From a virus (Duplodnaviria; Caudoviricetes): a stretch of 64,000 bases of DNA. Positions 1 through 9,222 of this stretch are shown in pieces (within the stretch, counting starts at the first letter, position 1; each line of letters begins with the position of its first letter). The DNA lies in IMG/VR virus record IMGVR_UViG_3300037418_000840. One strand, given 5' to 3'. The position numbers were made by a program, and so were the translations under genes. The notes beneath the pieces are model-generated. The model did not search any database. It saw only the letters and a list, made by a program, of their open reading frames with translations, and was not told the DNA's origin.

Positions 1-1
1 T

Positions 2-295
2 TGGTTCAACGTGCGGACCCTCTATCAGGCGAAGAAGGTCGAAGGCGTTCATTGGGGTGCCTCGGCCTTTTTCACATTGTGGGGAATATGGAACCTCTAC
101 TATTTCCCCTCGCTAGGTCAGTGGTGCTCGTTCGCTGGCGGCTGCTCGATAGCCGCTGCGAATGCGACATGGGTAACGCTGGCCCTCTACTATGGGAAAC
201 GAAATCGTGACGTCAAAGATAATCAACACCGAGGAAGGACCGTGGGTCGAGCCGAAGCCGGTTCCCCATACGAACGGCATAGTCAGAGCTCCTGA
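2..295 (+). CDS. Membrane protein, 5'-truncated by window edge
   Basis: Frame open to the window edge; hydrophobic segments AFFTLWGIWNLYYF and WVTLALYYG. Confidence 0.6.
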   Translation, partial: WFNVRTLYQAKKVEGVHWGASAFFTLWGIWNLYYFPSLGQWCSFAGGCSIAAANATWVTLALYYGKRNRDVKDNQHRGRTVGRAEAGSPYERHSQSS

Positions 296-1070
296 ATGTG
301 AGCGAGAATGCCAATATGCTAAGGACGTGGACTGCACGGCCTATGCCTGTGCCCCGACTTGCGAATATCTGTTGAGGCGTGAGCCGCTCGAACGCGATCT
401 TGTCTTGGACCTGGGCATCACTGGTTCGAATGCGAATCCGTGGTCTTCTGCCGAAGTGGCGGCCAAGCACTATGGGCCGAAGACTTTTCCCGACGTGTTC
501 GACATCTCATTTGAACCCGACGGCAGTGTCGCCACCAAGTCTGCGTTCGACCGCCTGTACGACAGCATCAAAGAATCGATGGCGATCCCTAAGTCAATGC
601 TTTTTGAACCCACTCCTGAGTTTGGATCTTCGACCCACTCGGTGATCAATGGCTACTTGAAGGGCTTGTCCGAACGTCGGGTCATCGGCAAGACCTGGGA
701 CACAAAGTTTGCTGGTCGTTGGCGTTGTGTCGACATCACGGTCGACAAGCGCACTCGCACCTTGATCAAGAATGAGAACCGGATCGACGAAGTTGGTGTT
801 CGTGTGACCCAGATCCATAACTTCTGGTGGCATGGCCGCTATCGTCGGATCACCAAGAAGATGCCGGCCCGAATGTTCAAGCGCGCAATCGCCAGTGCCC
901 GCCAAGAGATCGGCCACGTAGTGGACGACTGGGACCTAACGGTCCAGCCTGTGGAACCCGTTCGTTACTTTGCTCTTTCATTGTTTATAGACCGCGATGG
1001 ACACGTCGATTATCGCGCGGCGTCTGAACTACAGCCACCAGACGACCGCACTGCTGGACCGAGCGCTTGA
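192..1070 (+). CDS. Hypothetical protein (292 aa)
   Basis: Long ORF in the co-oriented gene run; no recognised motif. Confidence 0.65.
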   Translation: MGNEIVTSKIINTEEGPWVEPKPVPHTNGIVRAPECERECQYAKDVDCTAYACAPTCEYLLRREPLERDLVLDLGITGSNANPWSSAEVAAKHYGPKTFPDVFDISFEPDGSVATKSAFDRLYDSIKESMAIPKSMLFEPTPEFGSSTHSVINGYLKGLSERRVIGKTWDTKFAGRWRCVDITVDKRTRTLIKNENRIDEVGVRVTQIHNFWWHGRYRRITKKMPARMFKRAIASARQEIGHVVDDWDLTVQPVEPVRYFALSLFIDRDGHVDYRAASELQPPDDRTAGPSA

Positions 1071-1117
1071 CAAGGCTGCCCATATTGCACGACTCTGTAT
1101 CCCACCGGAGATCTATA

Positions 1118-1852
1118 ATGACCAACAACGTAAATCGTGTAACCGAAGCCCTGATGACCAACATCGTTCGAGGCCAGTACAAGGACGGACTCCCTTCGCA
1201 GGAAGTCTTGGCCCTTGATTTCAACGTGAGTCGCACCGTGTTGCGTGAGGCTGTGTCACGTCTTGAATACAACGGAATCCTCGTAGTCCAGCCGAAGATC
1301 GGCACTCGTGTTCGTCCCATCGAACAATGGCAATTGATGAACACCGAGCTCTTGTCCTATGTGTTCGACCGGAAGGACATCGCTCATCGAGTCGTTTATG
1401 AGGCACTCATCGCTTGGCTTTACATTGGACCCGTGGCTGCATCTTTGGCGGCCTGTCACGGCAAACTGCCGGTGGCCCTGACCGTGCCTCATGTCACACA
1501 GGCATCGGCACACACGGCGGACTCACTAGTCGAACCCCTTCTCGACTTCCATCGCACGATCTTCAGTGCGACGAACAACATGTTCGTCAGCACTTTTGTT
1601 GGAGTCGTGGACTTGGTGATCCAGAAGCTGGTCCCCCTTCTCGACAGTGAGGACCGGCTGAACTTGTTGGACTGCCATCTTGTCCTGTCGTTGCTGCTCA
1701 GCAGTCAGTCTGAACCTTTGACCATGAACGACCTCAAGTCGGTGTACACGGATATCGTACACATATTGCGACGCGCAATGACGGACACTGCGTTCCCAAT
1801 GTCAACGCCAACTCCAGTGTCGACACCGGCTGAGCTTCATCATGACTGCTGA
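1118..1852 (+). CDS. GntR/FadR-family transcriptional regulator
   Basis: Winged HTH LPSQEVLALDFNVSRTVLREAVSRLEYNGILVVQPKIGTRV; FCD-like C-terminus (DFHRTIFSATNN); GGAG before ATG 1118. Confidence 0.88.
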   Translation: MTNNVNRVTEALMTNIVRGQYKDGLPSQEVLALDFNVSRTVLREAVSRLEYNGILVVQPKIGTRVRPIEQWQLMNTELLSYVFDRKDIAHRVVYEALIAWLYIGPVAASLAACHGKLPVALTVPHVTQASAHTADSLVEPLLDFHRTIFSATNNMFVSTFVGVVDLVIQKLVPLLDSEDRLNLLDCHLVLSLLLSSQSEPLTMNDLKSVYTDIVHILRRAMTDTAFPMSTPTPVSTPAELHHDC

Positions 1853-2072
1853 CGTAATCAATCTGAGCACCAAGCAGCCGCCCGTCCGCTACTCAGTACA
1901 CGTAGAGCACTACTACGATGGAAGCATGACCTTGTGCTTCGAAGGCATAAGTGAAGTGCCAACGCTGCGTGACAAGGAGTCACTGTTGACCGCACTGAAA
2001 GAGGCGGTGGCTATTGTCGAGAACGAAATCGCAAGACATAAGGAACAGGAAGATGGACAACGAAGTACGTGA
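1842..2072 (+). CDS. Hypothetical protein
   Basis: Overlaps the upstream stop; tight packing. Confidence 0.6.
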   Translation: MTADVINLSTKQPPVRYSVHVEHYYDGSMTLCFEGISEVPTLRDKESLLTALKEAVAIVENEIARHKEQEDGQRST

Positions 2073-2568
2073 CGAACTGATCGACCTCATGAACGATGCG
2101 AGTCGTTGGCCTAAGTCAGAGGTCGAAGCATTGACCTATCTGCTGCTTCTTCAATGGATCGAACGCGACTTCTACGCAGTGGAGCGGCCGAAGCCTAAGA
2201 TAACCGAGCGGAAGCTCTATCTAGGGCGACTGCGCAACCGTGTCGAAGCCGTTCGCCTCGAAGTGGTCAGGCGACATCCGCAGTTCGAATCGCCGAAGGA
2301 CTACACGTTGATGCTCAAGACCTGGAAAGACGTGCAGACGATTGCGGCTTCCGTAGTCCCCGGATCGAACGGCATTCACTCAGATGTAGCGCCGCCCATA
2401 CTGGCCGACGCGGTTACCGAACTGCTCGCCAATCACATGAACTTCAGTCGTGGCTACCCTGCTCTCTCGTGGGTAAAGAACGCGGCGCTGCTCAACATCA
2501 ACACCGTTGTCGCACCAAATCCTTCGGAGCCTCAAGATGGCCAAGACGAAGAAGACCCACACGCGTAA
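2053..2568 (+). CDS. Hypothetical protein
   Basis: ATG 2053 after AGGA. Confidence 0.65.
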   Translation: MDNEVRDELIDLMNDASRWPKSEVEALTYLLLLQWIERDFYAVERPKPKITERKLYLGRLRNRVEAVRLEVVRRHPQFESPKDYTLMLKTWKDVQTIAASVVPGSNGIHSDVAPPILADAVTELLANHMNFSRGYPALSWVKNAALLNINTVVAPNPSEPQDGQDEEDPHA

Positions 2569-3319
2569 CAAAGTTCAAGCCGGCCAGAAGCCCGATCCGA
2601 AAGACGGCAATGCCAAGGCTCGATACATCATGCACTACCGCATGAGCATCATGGCAGTGTTCCGGGCTATTCGTGAAGGACGCGTGTCCGAAGAAGAGCT
2701 CGATCGATTGCAGAATTTCTGTCAGTTCTCCCTCAACGCAATGCAGCGTTTGCCTATGACTGACATCCAAGGTGCTTGGCGTGATACCGAGATCTTCGGC
2801 CATATCCATGATGAAGAAGGTGCGACGTTCGTCGATCATCAGATCATCTTGGATCCAGCCAAGCAAGGACAGTCGGTGACCGCTGTCCAGTCGGAGACCA
2901 CGGCCAGCACCCCGTCTCAGCTACCGGGCCGCATCCGTGATTCGATCGACAAGTGGATCGATGAGGAATTCACTGCATACGAAAAGCTCGATGAAGTGGA
3001 GAAGGCGATGGTCCGCAACGCGGCGACTATGGCGTCTGGCCTTCAGGGTGACGTGACTCCCGATCAAATACTGGCGGGCAACACGCACAATACGACGGAG
3101 CTCTCTTTACTGCACGCTGATCTTGTGCAGACAATGCCTGCGGCCAGCACTCGTTTCACTGATGACCAGATGGAGTACAAACTATTCGGCTTCCTCTGGC
3201 ACGGTCGTAAGATTATTCTGTGCGATGACGGGATCGGTGTGTTCGTCAGTCGTTCAACAGCCCGCGAAGTGTATCGCACATACGGGCCAGCGCAATCAGC
3301 GACTGTGGTCGGTGCGTAA
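2537..3319 (+). CDS. Hypothetical protein
   Basis: GGAG before ATG 2537; 260 aa ORF. Confidence 0.7.
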   Translation: MAKTKKTHTRNKVQAGQKPDPKDGNAKARYIMHYRMSIMAVFRAIREGRVSEEELDRLQNFCQFSLNAMQRLPMTDIQGAWRDTEIFGHIHDEEGATFVDHQIILDPAKQGQSVTAVQSETTASTPSQLPGRIRDSIDKWIDEEFTAYEKLDEVEKAMVRNAATMASGLQGDVTPDQILAGNTHNTTELSLLHADLVQTMPAASTRFTDDQMEYKLFGFLWHGRKIILCDDGIGVFVSRSTAREVYRTYGPAQSATVVGA

Positions 3320-3323
3320 ATAG
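3316..3323 (+). promoter_or_regulatory. GTAAATA motif (candidate phage promoter)
   Basis: GTAAATAG at the gene end, upstream of structured RNA. Confidence 0.55.
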
Positions 3324-3442
3324 GTAGGTCGAGATAGACAGTGATCGGTCCTTTCAACTAGCAGTACGTTAAAGCAACGAATCGGGTCGCAACTCACACG
3401 CCGGGTGAGATCTGGTTTTATCCCAGATCACTGCTTGACTAA

Positions 3443-3518
3443 GATGGGGATAGTAGATCGGAGTAGACGCTCGCGCAACGCCTAGCACGAGAGAGGGGGT
3501 TCGACTCCCCACCCCATC
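3443..3518 (+). ncRNA. tRNA-like element lacking a D-stem
   Basis: GATGGGG/CCCCATC acceptor-like stem, GGGG-TTCGACT-CCCC T-arm, CTCG..CGAG middle arm with no canonical anticodon loop, no CCA. Confidence 0.55.
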
Positions 3519-3539
3519 CGATTAACCTAAGAGGTTCCT

Positions 3540-3854
3540 ATGAACATAAGTGAAGCATTTGTTGATGCCGATGCGTATCATGAAATCGGCAAGGCTATGG
3601 CAGCCTTTATTATGGAATCCGCACAGCGTCCGGGGTTCATGCGCACGTTGGAATTCCATCGAACCAATCACACGGTCGAGGAATTCACCAAGCAAGAACA
3701 GATCCAGGTCGATCGTATCAAACGGAAGCACCGTCACCTGACGTTGGTCGACGATCGCTACTTGGTACGCGCTCTCCGCCGCCAAGCCTATGCTGGTCCC
3801 AAGAGCACACGCCGTCGATACACCGCAGACCTCCGTCCGTACACTTCGGACTAA
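3540..3854 (+). CDS. Hypothetical protein
   Basis: GAGG RBS. Confidence 0.65.
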   Translation: MNISEAFVDADAYHEIGKAMAAFIMESAQRPGFMRTLEFHRTNHTVEEFTKQEQIQVDRIKRKHRHLTLVDDRYLVRALRRQAYAGPKSTRRRYTADLRPYTSD

Positions 3855-3870
3855 CCAACAGTTCACTGCC

Positions 3871-4287
3871 ATGATCCCTGTCGATCAGGAGTTCATCCAT
3901 CGGCCAGATGAAGGACAGCACGGAGATTGCTTCCGTGCTGTCCTTGCGTCGCTTATGGAGCTCCCTCTTCAAGATGTTCCCCACTTTTTGCACGACGGCT
4001 GCTCGTCCGACACGTTTCATCGCCGGATCAACGCCTTTCTCGACCAGTTCAACATGACGCTCCTGGTGTTCGACGCGTCGACGTTCAACATTAGTGCGTG
4101 GATTGACCAGTCCGGAGTCCGTGATCTGTGGCACGAAGTGTCCGGCATGACCGAACGCGGGGTTCTTCATTCATGTGTGGGCCACAATGGTCACGTGGTC
4201 CACGATCCGCATCCTAGCAAGGCTGGTCTGATCGACGTCCAGTACTACAGCCTGCTCGTATCCATCAACCCTAAAGTTCAACGGTGA
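3871..4287 (+). CDS. Hypothetical phage protein
   Basis: ORF with CFRAVLASLMELPLQDVPHF and HDPHP motifs. Confidence 0.65.
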   Translation: MIPVDQEFIHRPDEGQHGDCFRAVLASLMELPLQDVPHFLHDGCSSDTFHRRINAFLDQFNMTLLVFDASTFNISAWIDQSGVRDLWHEVSGMTERGVLHSCVGHNGHVVHDPHPSKAGLIDVQYYSLLVSINPKVQR

Positions 4288-5252
4288 CTCTCATGTTCAA
4301 TGTACTTGGCTTGGACAGCATCCATATGAATTCGGCAATGATTGGCCATCAAATATCGCTGGTCCATAACATGGAAGAAGCGAAGCCCGGCACCTTTGTC
4401 TATACGTTCATTGCCATTATGAGCGCTGGACGCTTCGGCCTCGATGGTGTGGCCGCCATCTCACATGGAGCGTCTCCCGAATTGGCGATCCATAATGTCA
4501 TCGACTACTACAAGCTGAAGAACAACAAAGAAGCACTGCTTCCGAAAGAGCTTCACGAGCTCGAAGAACACGAAGTCCAGTCCAAAGAGGCGCAGCGCCT
4601 CTTGACGTCCACGGCTCTTCCGTGGGAGACAGCCGGTACACCAAGCGCACGCCTACACTATCTGTTCGACGAGCTCGATCAACGGTTCCCTAACGCAGTT
4701 AGTCCGGTCAGCAGCGAGCCACCCGAGCCAAAGTATTTGGCGGCTATCGACAAACTCATGAAGACAGTCGACATGCTGACTGACGTGTCGGAGCAGTCTG
4801 ACGCAGATGACCTGAATACCTTTGGTCCGTGGATCGACCACGTGACTGACACTACAGCGGACGAGCCACGAGACTTGCAGACAGTCATGGGCCGTGCTCT
4901 AGAAGAGATGGTCGAAGGCTGTCTTTCGGCGGGCCTTACCTATGGAAAGATCATGGGACACGTGGCTGACGCGTGGCACAACCAATGTCTCAAGGAAAGT
5001 CGAAAGGCTGATCGCACTGTCTGGCCGTCGCAACTCCAGGACACGAGCGGATCCATCGACGAACTGGCGGGTGAGCTCGCTGACATACGACTGACCTTGG
5101 TTGACGTCATGTGGCTGGCTCGCGTCTCCGAAGCTAGGGTCCAGGCGTTGATGCATAAGAAGTATGCCAAACTCAAGGACGCGTGGTCCAACGGTCGACT
5201 CCGTATCACCGAGAGCAAGACCTTCTATCTTGTGAAGGACCACGTGAAATGA
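4284..5252 (+). CDS. Hypothetical protein, possible MazG-like NTP pyrophosphohydrolase C-terminus
   Basis: GTGA overlap; helical acidic motif DELAGELADIRLTLVD...KKYAKL. Confidence 0.5.
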   Translation: MTLMFNVLGLDSIHMNSAMIGHQISLVHNMEEAKPGTFVYTFIAIMSAGRFGLDGVAAISHGASPELAIHNVIDYYKLKNNKEALLPKELHELEEHEVQSKEAQRLLTSTALPWETAGTPSARLHYLFDELDQRFPNAVSPVSSEPPEPKYLAAIDKLMKTVDMLTDVSEQSDADDLNTFGPWIDHVTDTTADEPRDLQTVMGRALEEMVEGCLSAGLTYGKIMGHVADAWHNQCLKESRKADRTVWPSQLQDTSGSIDELAGELADIRLTLVDVMWLARVSEARVQALMHKKYAKLKDAWSNGRLRITESKTFYLVKDHVK

Positions 5253-5629
5253 ACGCCCCCACGTATTACATGCCCGTCCAGGTTGGTGACTACTACAAGT
5301 TGACGATCAACCGTTCGTTGAATCAACTGCGATGGGCATTCGACGGCCAATCAAGTAAGGGCTTAGACTACGTGGTTATCCGGGATGATCAACTGAAGTT
5401 CAGTCTTCGTTGGATGCATCCTGATGTCGACCACGTTCGGTGTACGGCCCTTGCCACGTTCGATAGTCCTTGGTCCGGTGCGTTCAACGATTACTGTCGA
5501 TTGTGTGTCGCTCGGTTCACAGTCGACGTCGAAGGACGCGAGCTCAAGCCATCAATTGTCTTCCTGGGACAGACATTCGTACCAGTTGCCAAGGTGCCCC
5601 TCACCTTAATCAAGGACATGTTCAAATGA
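5249..5629 (+). CDS. Hypothetical protein
   Basis: ATGA overlap with the upstream stop. Confidence 0.65.
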   Translation: MNAPTYYMPVQVGDYYKLTINRSLNQLRWAFDGQSSKGLDYVVIRDDQLKFSLRWMHPDVDHVRCTALATFDSPWSGAFNDYCRLCVARFTVDVEGRELKPSIVFLGQTFVPVAKVPLTLIKDMFK

Positions 5630-6606
5630 AACCCGTGTTTGCCGTACAGGTCACCAATCGTGATGACGAAGATCTTCATCAGACAGTGCGGGCCATCACC
5701 GGCGCTGGCTATGAATGGATCAACTTCGGAGTCGTTCCCTTCGAAGACTCGGTGACCAACGTCGAGGAGTTCCCAGCTGATCGTCCGGTGATCGTGTTAG
5801 GTGGGACGTTGGCACTTCGTCTTTATCAAGAGAACAAGTTGCCTCCGAACTGGTATATGTTCTATAGCTACTGGCTGTTCGATCAGCACTCGACCCAGCT
5901 GTCGCCGCTGAAGACCTACATGGTCAACGAAGATCCAGAGTTCTACACGTTCGATGACGTGCGTGACCGGGTTTTCAAGCACGACGTGTTTATCAAGCCG
6001 TCGTCAGACATGAAGGCTTTCGCAGGCACTCTGGTGTCGAAGGGTACGACACTCGAAGATCATCTTAAGACAGTGAATCACGCGCTGATCAAGCCCCATG
6101 AAATCATTATGGTGGCGTCGCCCATCCAACTCGGCTACGAATATCGTGTGTTCATTGTCAACAATAAGATCGTGGACTGTTCACAATATCGTAGTCCGCG
6201 TGGAGTCGAACATCGAGCAGTTGGGGTCGATACCGCAGTCAAGCTCAGCGAGTTCTTTGATGAGGTGAAGTCCTACATCGAGAGCACACCGCTGACCGGC
6301 ACCTACTGCATGGACGTGGCCGAGACCAAGAACGGCTATCGCATCGTCGAATTCAACTGCTTCAACTGCTGTGGCATGTACAGAGCCGATCGCGTGCTTG
6401 TCCTGAGTGAATTGGGGGGCCGTAGTCGAGGCAACGAAATGGGACTGACGTCGTACACCAAAAAGATGGTGGCCCATATAACGCTCTTCTCGATCTTGAC
6501 CATCATTGCCAAGTTTGACTCGACGCTGGCCCTCATCATTGCCTGTGTCTGGTTCTGCCCTTCTCCCAAAGCTGAAGAGACCAACAATGCCAAACGTAAA
6601 GAGTGA
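5626..6606 (+). CDS. ATP-grasp domain protein (DUF4343-like) with C-terminal hydrophobic extension
   Basis: VFIKPSSDMKAFAG, EYRVFIV, YCMDVAET...IVEFNCFNCCGMY ATP-grasp motifs; ATGA overlap. Confidence 0.75.
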   Translation: MKPVFAVQVTNRDDEDLHQTVRAITGAGYEWINFGVVPFEDSVTNVEEFPADRPVIVLGGTLALRLYQENKLPPNWYMFYSYWLFDQHSTQLSPLKTYMVNEDPEFYTFDDVRDRVFKHDVFIKPSSDMKAFAGTLVSKGTTLEDHLKTVNHALIKPHEIIMVASPIQLGYEYRVFIVNNKIVDCSQYRSPRGVEHRAVGVDTAVKLSEFFDEVKSYIESTPLTGTYCMDVAETKNGYRIVEFNCFNCCGMYRADRVLVLSELGGRSRGNEMGLTSYTKKMVAHITLFSILTIIAKFDSTLALIIACVWFCPSPKAEETNNAKRKE

Positions 6607-7138
6607 AGTTCGCCGCGCTATCAACCTTCTCAAGAAGTCTGCGCATCTGACTTCCGATGATCTCTCGGAAGAGGCACGATACAACGCCACGATGGACTCG
6701 TCCTGGAATGGCAACCATTCAGCTACTAGCAATGCTATAGCCGCCTTGCGTAAGTCGATGGTCAACGATGCGCAACAGATTCTGCGCACGGTCCACGCTG
6801 TACTACCTGATGACCTCGAGCTCGATCCGCCAGTGCCTCAGACGTTCGCCAATCAATGGGCGGCCTACGTCAAGCTGGCGAAGAAGCCACACAGCGATTA
6901 CGTGGTCAAGTCACTCGACGAATTCCGTCTCGTGTTCTTGAAGCCGACGGACTACGATGCGTTTGCCATCGACACGAAGTTCCGCGAACGACTGCGTCAA
7001 CCCTCGGTCATCGATCAGGCCAAAGGTTTCATGGGGGTCTACACAGGCCCGGACCGTGAAGATACCGAGATCTACGTCGATGTCGGCGCATCCCCCACTT
7101 TGACGCACAGTGTTGGTATCTTGAAGGACAAGGAGTGA
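6587..7138 (+). CDS. Hypothetical protein
   Basis: ORF in the co-oriented run. Confidence 0.65.
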   Translation: MPNVKSEVRRAINLLKKSAHLTSDDLSEEARYNATMDSSWNGNHSATSNAIAALRKSMVNDAQQILRTVHAVLPDDLELDPPVPQTFANQWAAYVKLAKKPHSDYVVKSLDEFRLVFLKPTDYDAFAIDTKFRERLRQPSVIDQAKGFMGVYTGPDREDTEIYVDVGASPTLTHSVGILKDKE

Positions 7139-7231
7139 TCATGAACTACTTAGATCAACATCATCCGGTGTTCATGCCGCGCGTTCAGGCAGTTGGACCT
7201 CCGTCCAACGGCGTGCGGCGGAGCACCGACT

Positions 7232-7534
7232 ATGGAACGCTTCAATCGTGCAGTTCGTCGTCATCATGTAGCACGTCTTAAGCACAAGCGTCGCAACTAT
7301 TGGGGGTGGGACCGTAGGCAGAGCACCCCGTTTGATCAAGTCCCACAAGCACCTGAGCCGATGCCGGTCGCACTTCTCGGCAAGATCGTGGCCACGCCTC
7401 AAATGTGCTCGTGTCTCGGTTGCGGAAATCAACGTCACAACACGGCTGGCTGGACACCGACGGTGCAAGAGCGCCGCTGGCTTGACCAGTATCGTGAACA
7501 ACTTGAAGAGGTAGAAGAAGATGCGAAATCTTGA
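7232..7534 (+). CDS. Small basic protein with CSCLGCGN motif
   Basis: GGAG RBS; Cys cluster. Confidence 0.65.
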   Translation: MERFNRAVRRHHVARLKHKRRNYWGWDRRQSTPFDQVPQAPEPMPVALLGKIVATPQMCSCLGCGNQRHNTAGWTPTVQERRWLDQYREQLEEVEEDAKS

Positions 7535-8051
7535 CAAGACTCGGAAGTACGAAGTATTGGACGTGACTACCACTTCGTGGGTGCCTGCTCACTGGGAGCA
7601 GCTTGACGAAGGAGACGTGGTTCGCAGTTGCGACTCAACGACTTACGATGGTCCTATGACCGAAGAGTACGTAGTGGCGCACCATCCGGCTCTCATGGTC
7701 GATGTAGTGAAGGGCCAATGTCGTAGACCAACCACCAAGTACAAGACGGTAGCCGGCGACACATTGAAAGCGTTGGCCGCCCGTCACGACGTGTCAACAC
7801 ACTTCATTCGCTACACAAACTGGATGCGTGATGAAGATGATGCGTCGCTCACAGAAGGGATCGAGCTCGAGCTTCCTGTCCCGACTCCGCGTCCGAAGTC
7901 AGAGCTAGATCTCAAGGTTGAACGTCTGCGCACAACTGCTCAAGCTATGATCGATGCCTTCGCACCCTACGTTGATCCCTCTTGGCCGTCCACCATTGAG
8001 TGGCAGAACTTCAAAGCTGCGTTGGATGCCTTTGGTACCGATCATGCGTGA
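7521..8051 (+). CDS. LysM-domain-containing protein
   Basis: YKTVAGDTLKALAARHDVSTHFIRYTN matches the LysM consensus. Confidence 0.7.
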   Translation: MRNLDKTRKYEVLDVTTTSWVPAHWEQLDEGDVVRSCDSTTYDGPMTEEYVVAHHPALMVDVVKGQCRRPTTKYKTVAGDTLKALAARHDVSTHFIRYTNWMRDEDDASLTEGIELELPVPTPRPKSELDLKVERLRTTAQAMIDAFAPYVDPSWPSTIEWQNFKAALDAFGTDHA

Positions 8052-8111
8052 GACTCGGTGATCGAATGTTGGTCCTCGTGTCTGAGAAGGCCCCAATTGT
8101 ATGAGGCAGCA

Positions 8112-8119
8112 GTAAATAG
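8112..8119 (+). promoter_or_regulatory. GTAAATA motif
   Basis: GTAAATAG 10 nt before tRNA-Thr. Confidence 0.6.
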
Positions 8120-8129
8120 GTGAGCCAGT

Positions 8130-8207
8130 GCCCCGTTAGCTCTTAATTGGCAGAGCAGCGGATTTGTAATCCGAGGGTTGGGAGTTCGAGTCTCTCACGG
8201 GGCACCA
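8130..8207 (+). tRNA. trnT: tRNA-Thr(UGU)
   Basis: Cloverleaf; loop TT-TGT-AA; encoded CCA. Confidence 0.95.
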
Positions 8208-8224
8208 TTCATCTAGAGGACATC

Positions 8225-8560
8225 ATGGCCAAGGTCAGCGTCAAAGGCACGTTTCACAAACAGGTCGAGGTCACACTCCCCGAATCGGAACTAGTCGATC
8301 ACGTGAAGGCCATCGTACGGCGACATCATAACATTCGTGAGGGCGATTTCCTTCGCGGAAACACGGTAGTCTACGATGATCCCGATCACCGACATGGTTC
8401 GATCCGAGAACTAGAACGTGGTCCAGCGTCTGAACTCCAGCTTCTCGGATTCCAGATCCTGGACTATCTTGGAAAGTTGAATCTCGTTCTCACGTCGGAA
8501 GAAAACCGGTCGATCATGGACTACGTACCGGGCCTACGCCGCCCCCAGTCCCCAATTTAA
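8225..8560 (+). CDS. Hypothetical protein
   Basis: GAGG RBS before ATG 8225. Confidence 0.7.
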   Translation: MAKVSVKGTFHKQVEVTLPESELVDHVKAIVRRHHNIREGDFLRGNTVVYDDPDHRHGSIRELERGPASELQLLGFQILDYLGKLNLVLTSEENRSIMDYVPGLRRPQSPI

Positions 8561-8576
8561 CGTTCCTGTCGTTGCA

Positions 8577-8584
8577 GTAAATAG
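8577..8584 (+). promoter_or_regulatory. GTAAATA motif
   Basis: GTAAATAG upstream of tRNA-Gly. Confidence 0.6.
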
Positions 8585-8600
8585 CACGGTAAGTCACGAA

Positions 8601-8676
8601 GCGAGCATACGTCAGTTGGTTAGACCACCGTCCTTCCAAGTCGGGAACCCGAGTTCGAATCTCGGTGCTCGCTCCA
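8601..8676 (+). tRNA. trnG: tRNA-Gly(UCC)
   Basis: Cloverleaf; loop CT-TCC-AA; CCA. Confidence 0.95.
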
Positions 8677-8695
8677 TCCTTTCCGGGAGCTTTAA

Positions 8696-8950
8696 ATGCC
8701 CATCTTGGGATCGACTCCGTGTTGCGACAATCATCTGTGTGTCTGGCTTGAGAACGAGAACGAAGTACTCGGTAAGTGGTACAAACACCAGTGCGAACAC
8801 TGTGGAACTTGGATCTTCACGCTTCTGTCGAATCTGAGTCCGGTGTCGTACACTGAGGAAGCGTTCAAGGCTGAATACGAAATCGATGAAGCAACGAAGC
8901 AGATCAAGAAGCGCGAATCATCCGAAGGACAAGTCACAAGCGTGCCGTAA
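8696..8950 (+). CDS. Small Cys-rich (Zn-binding?) protein
   Basis: PCC and CEHC motifs; GGAG RBS. Confidence 0.65.
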   Translation: MPILGSTPCCDNHLCVWLENENEVLGKWYKHQCEHCGTWIFTLLSNLSPVSYTEEAFKAEYEIDEATKQIKKRESSEGQVTSVP

Positions 8951-8954
8951 ATAC
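8947..8954 (+). promoter_or_regulatory. GTAAATA motif
   Basis: GTAAATAC inside GCCGT-AAAT-ACGGT hairpin, before tRNA-Gly. Confidence 0.6.
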
Positions 8955-8966
8955 GGTAAGCACAGC

Positions 8967-9041
8967 GCGGGCGTAGTTCAGTGGTAGAATTCTTGCTTGC
9001 CAAGCAAGAGGTCACGGGTTCGACCCCCGTCGCCCGCTCCA
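8967..9041 (+). tRNA. trnG: tRNA-Gly(GCC)
   Basis: Cloverleaf; loop TT-GCC-AA; CCA. Confidence 0.95.
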
Positions 9042-9120
9042 AGTTTCACGAACGTTCGTTCTGTCGTTTCGACTTGTAAGGTCCCCGTCTGAATTGACGA
9101 ACGTTCCCTTTGTCTTCTGT

Positions 9121-9196
9121 TCCGCTTAACGCACAACGGTGTGCGGCCGGACTGTTAATCCGTGTGAGTCAGGTTCGATTCCTGAAGGCGGAGCCA
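9121..9196 (+). tRNA. trnN: tRNA-Asn(GUU)
   Basis: Cloverleaf; loop CT-GTT-AA; CCA. Confidence 0.93.
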
Positions 9197-9222
9197 CCAA
9201 TTCCATCGTCAACGAGAACAAG

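Noticed and set aside
1067-1100. TTGACA as a sigma70 promoter for the GntR gene (also TTGACA at 7531)
   Set aside because: No acceptable -10 hexamer at 16-18 nt spacing
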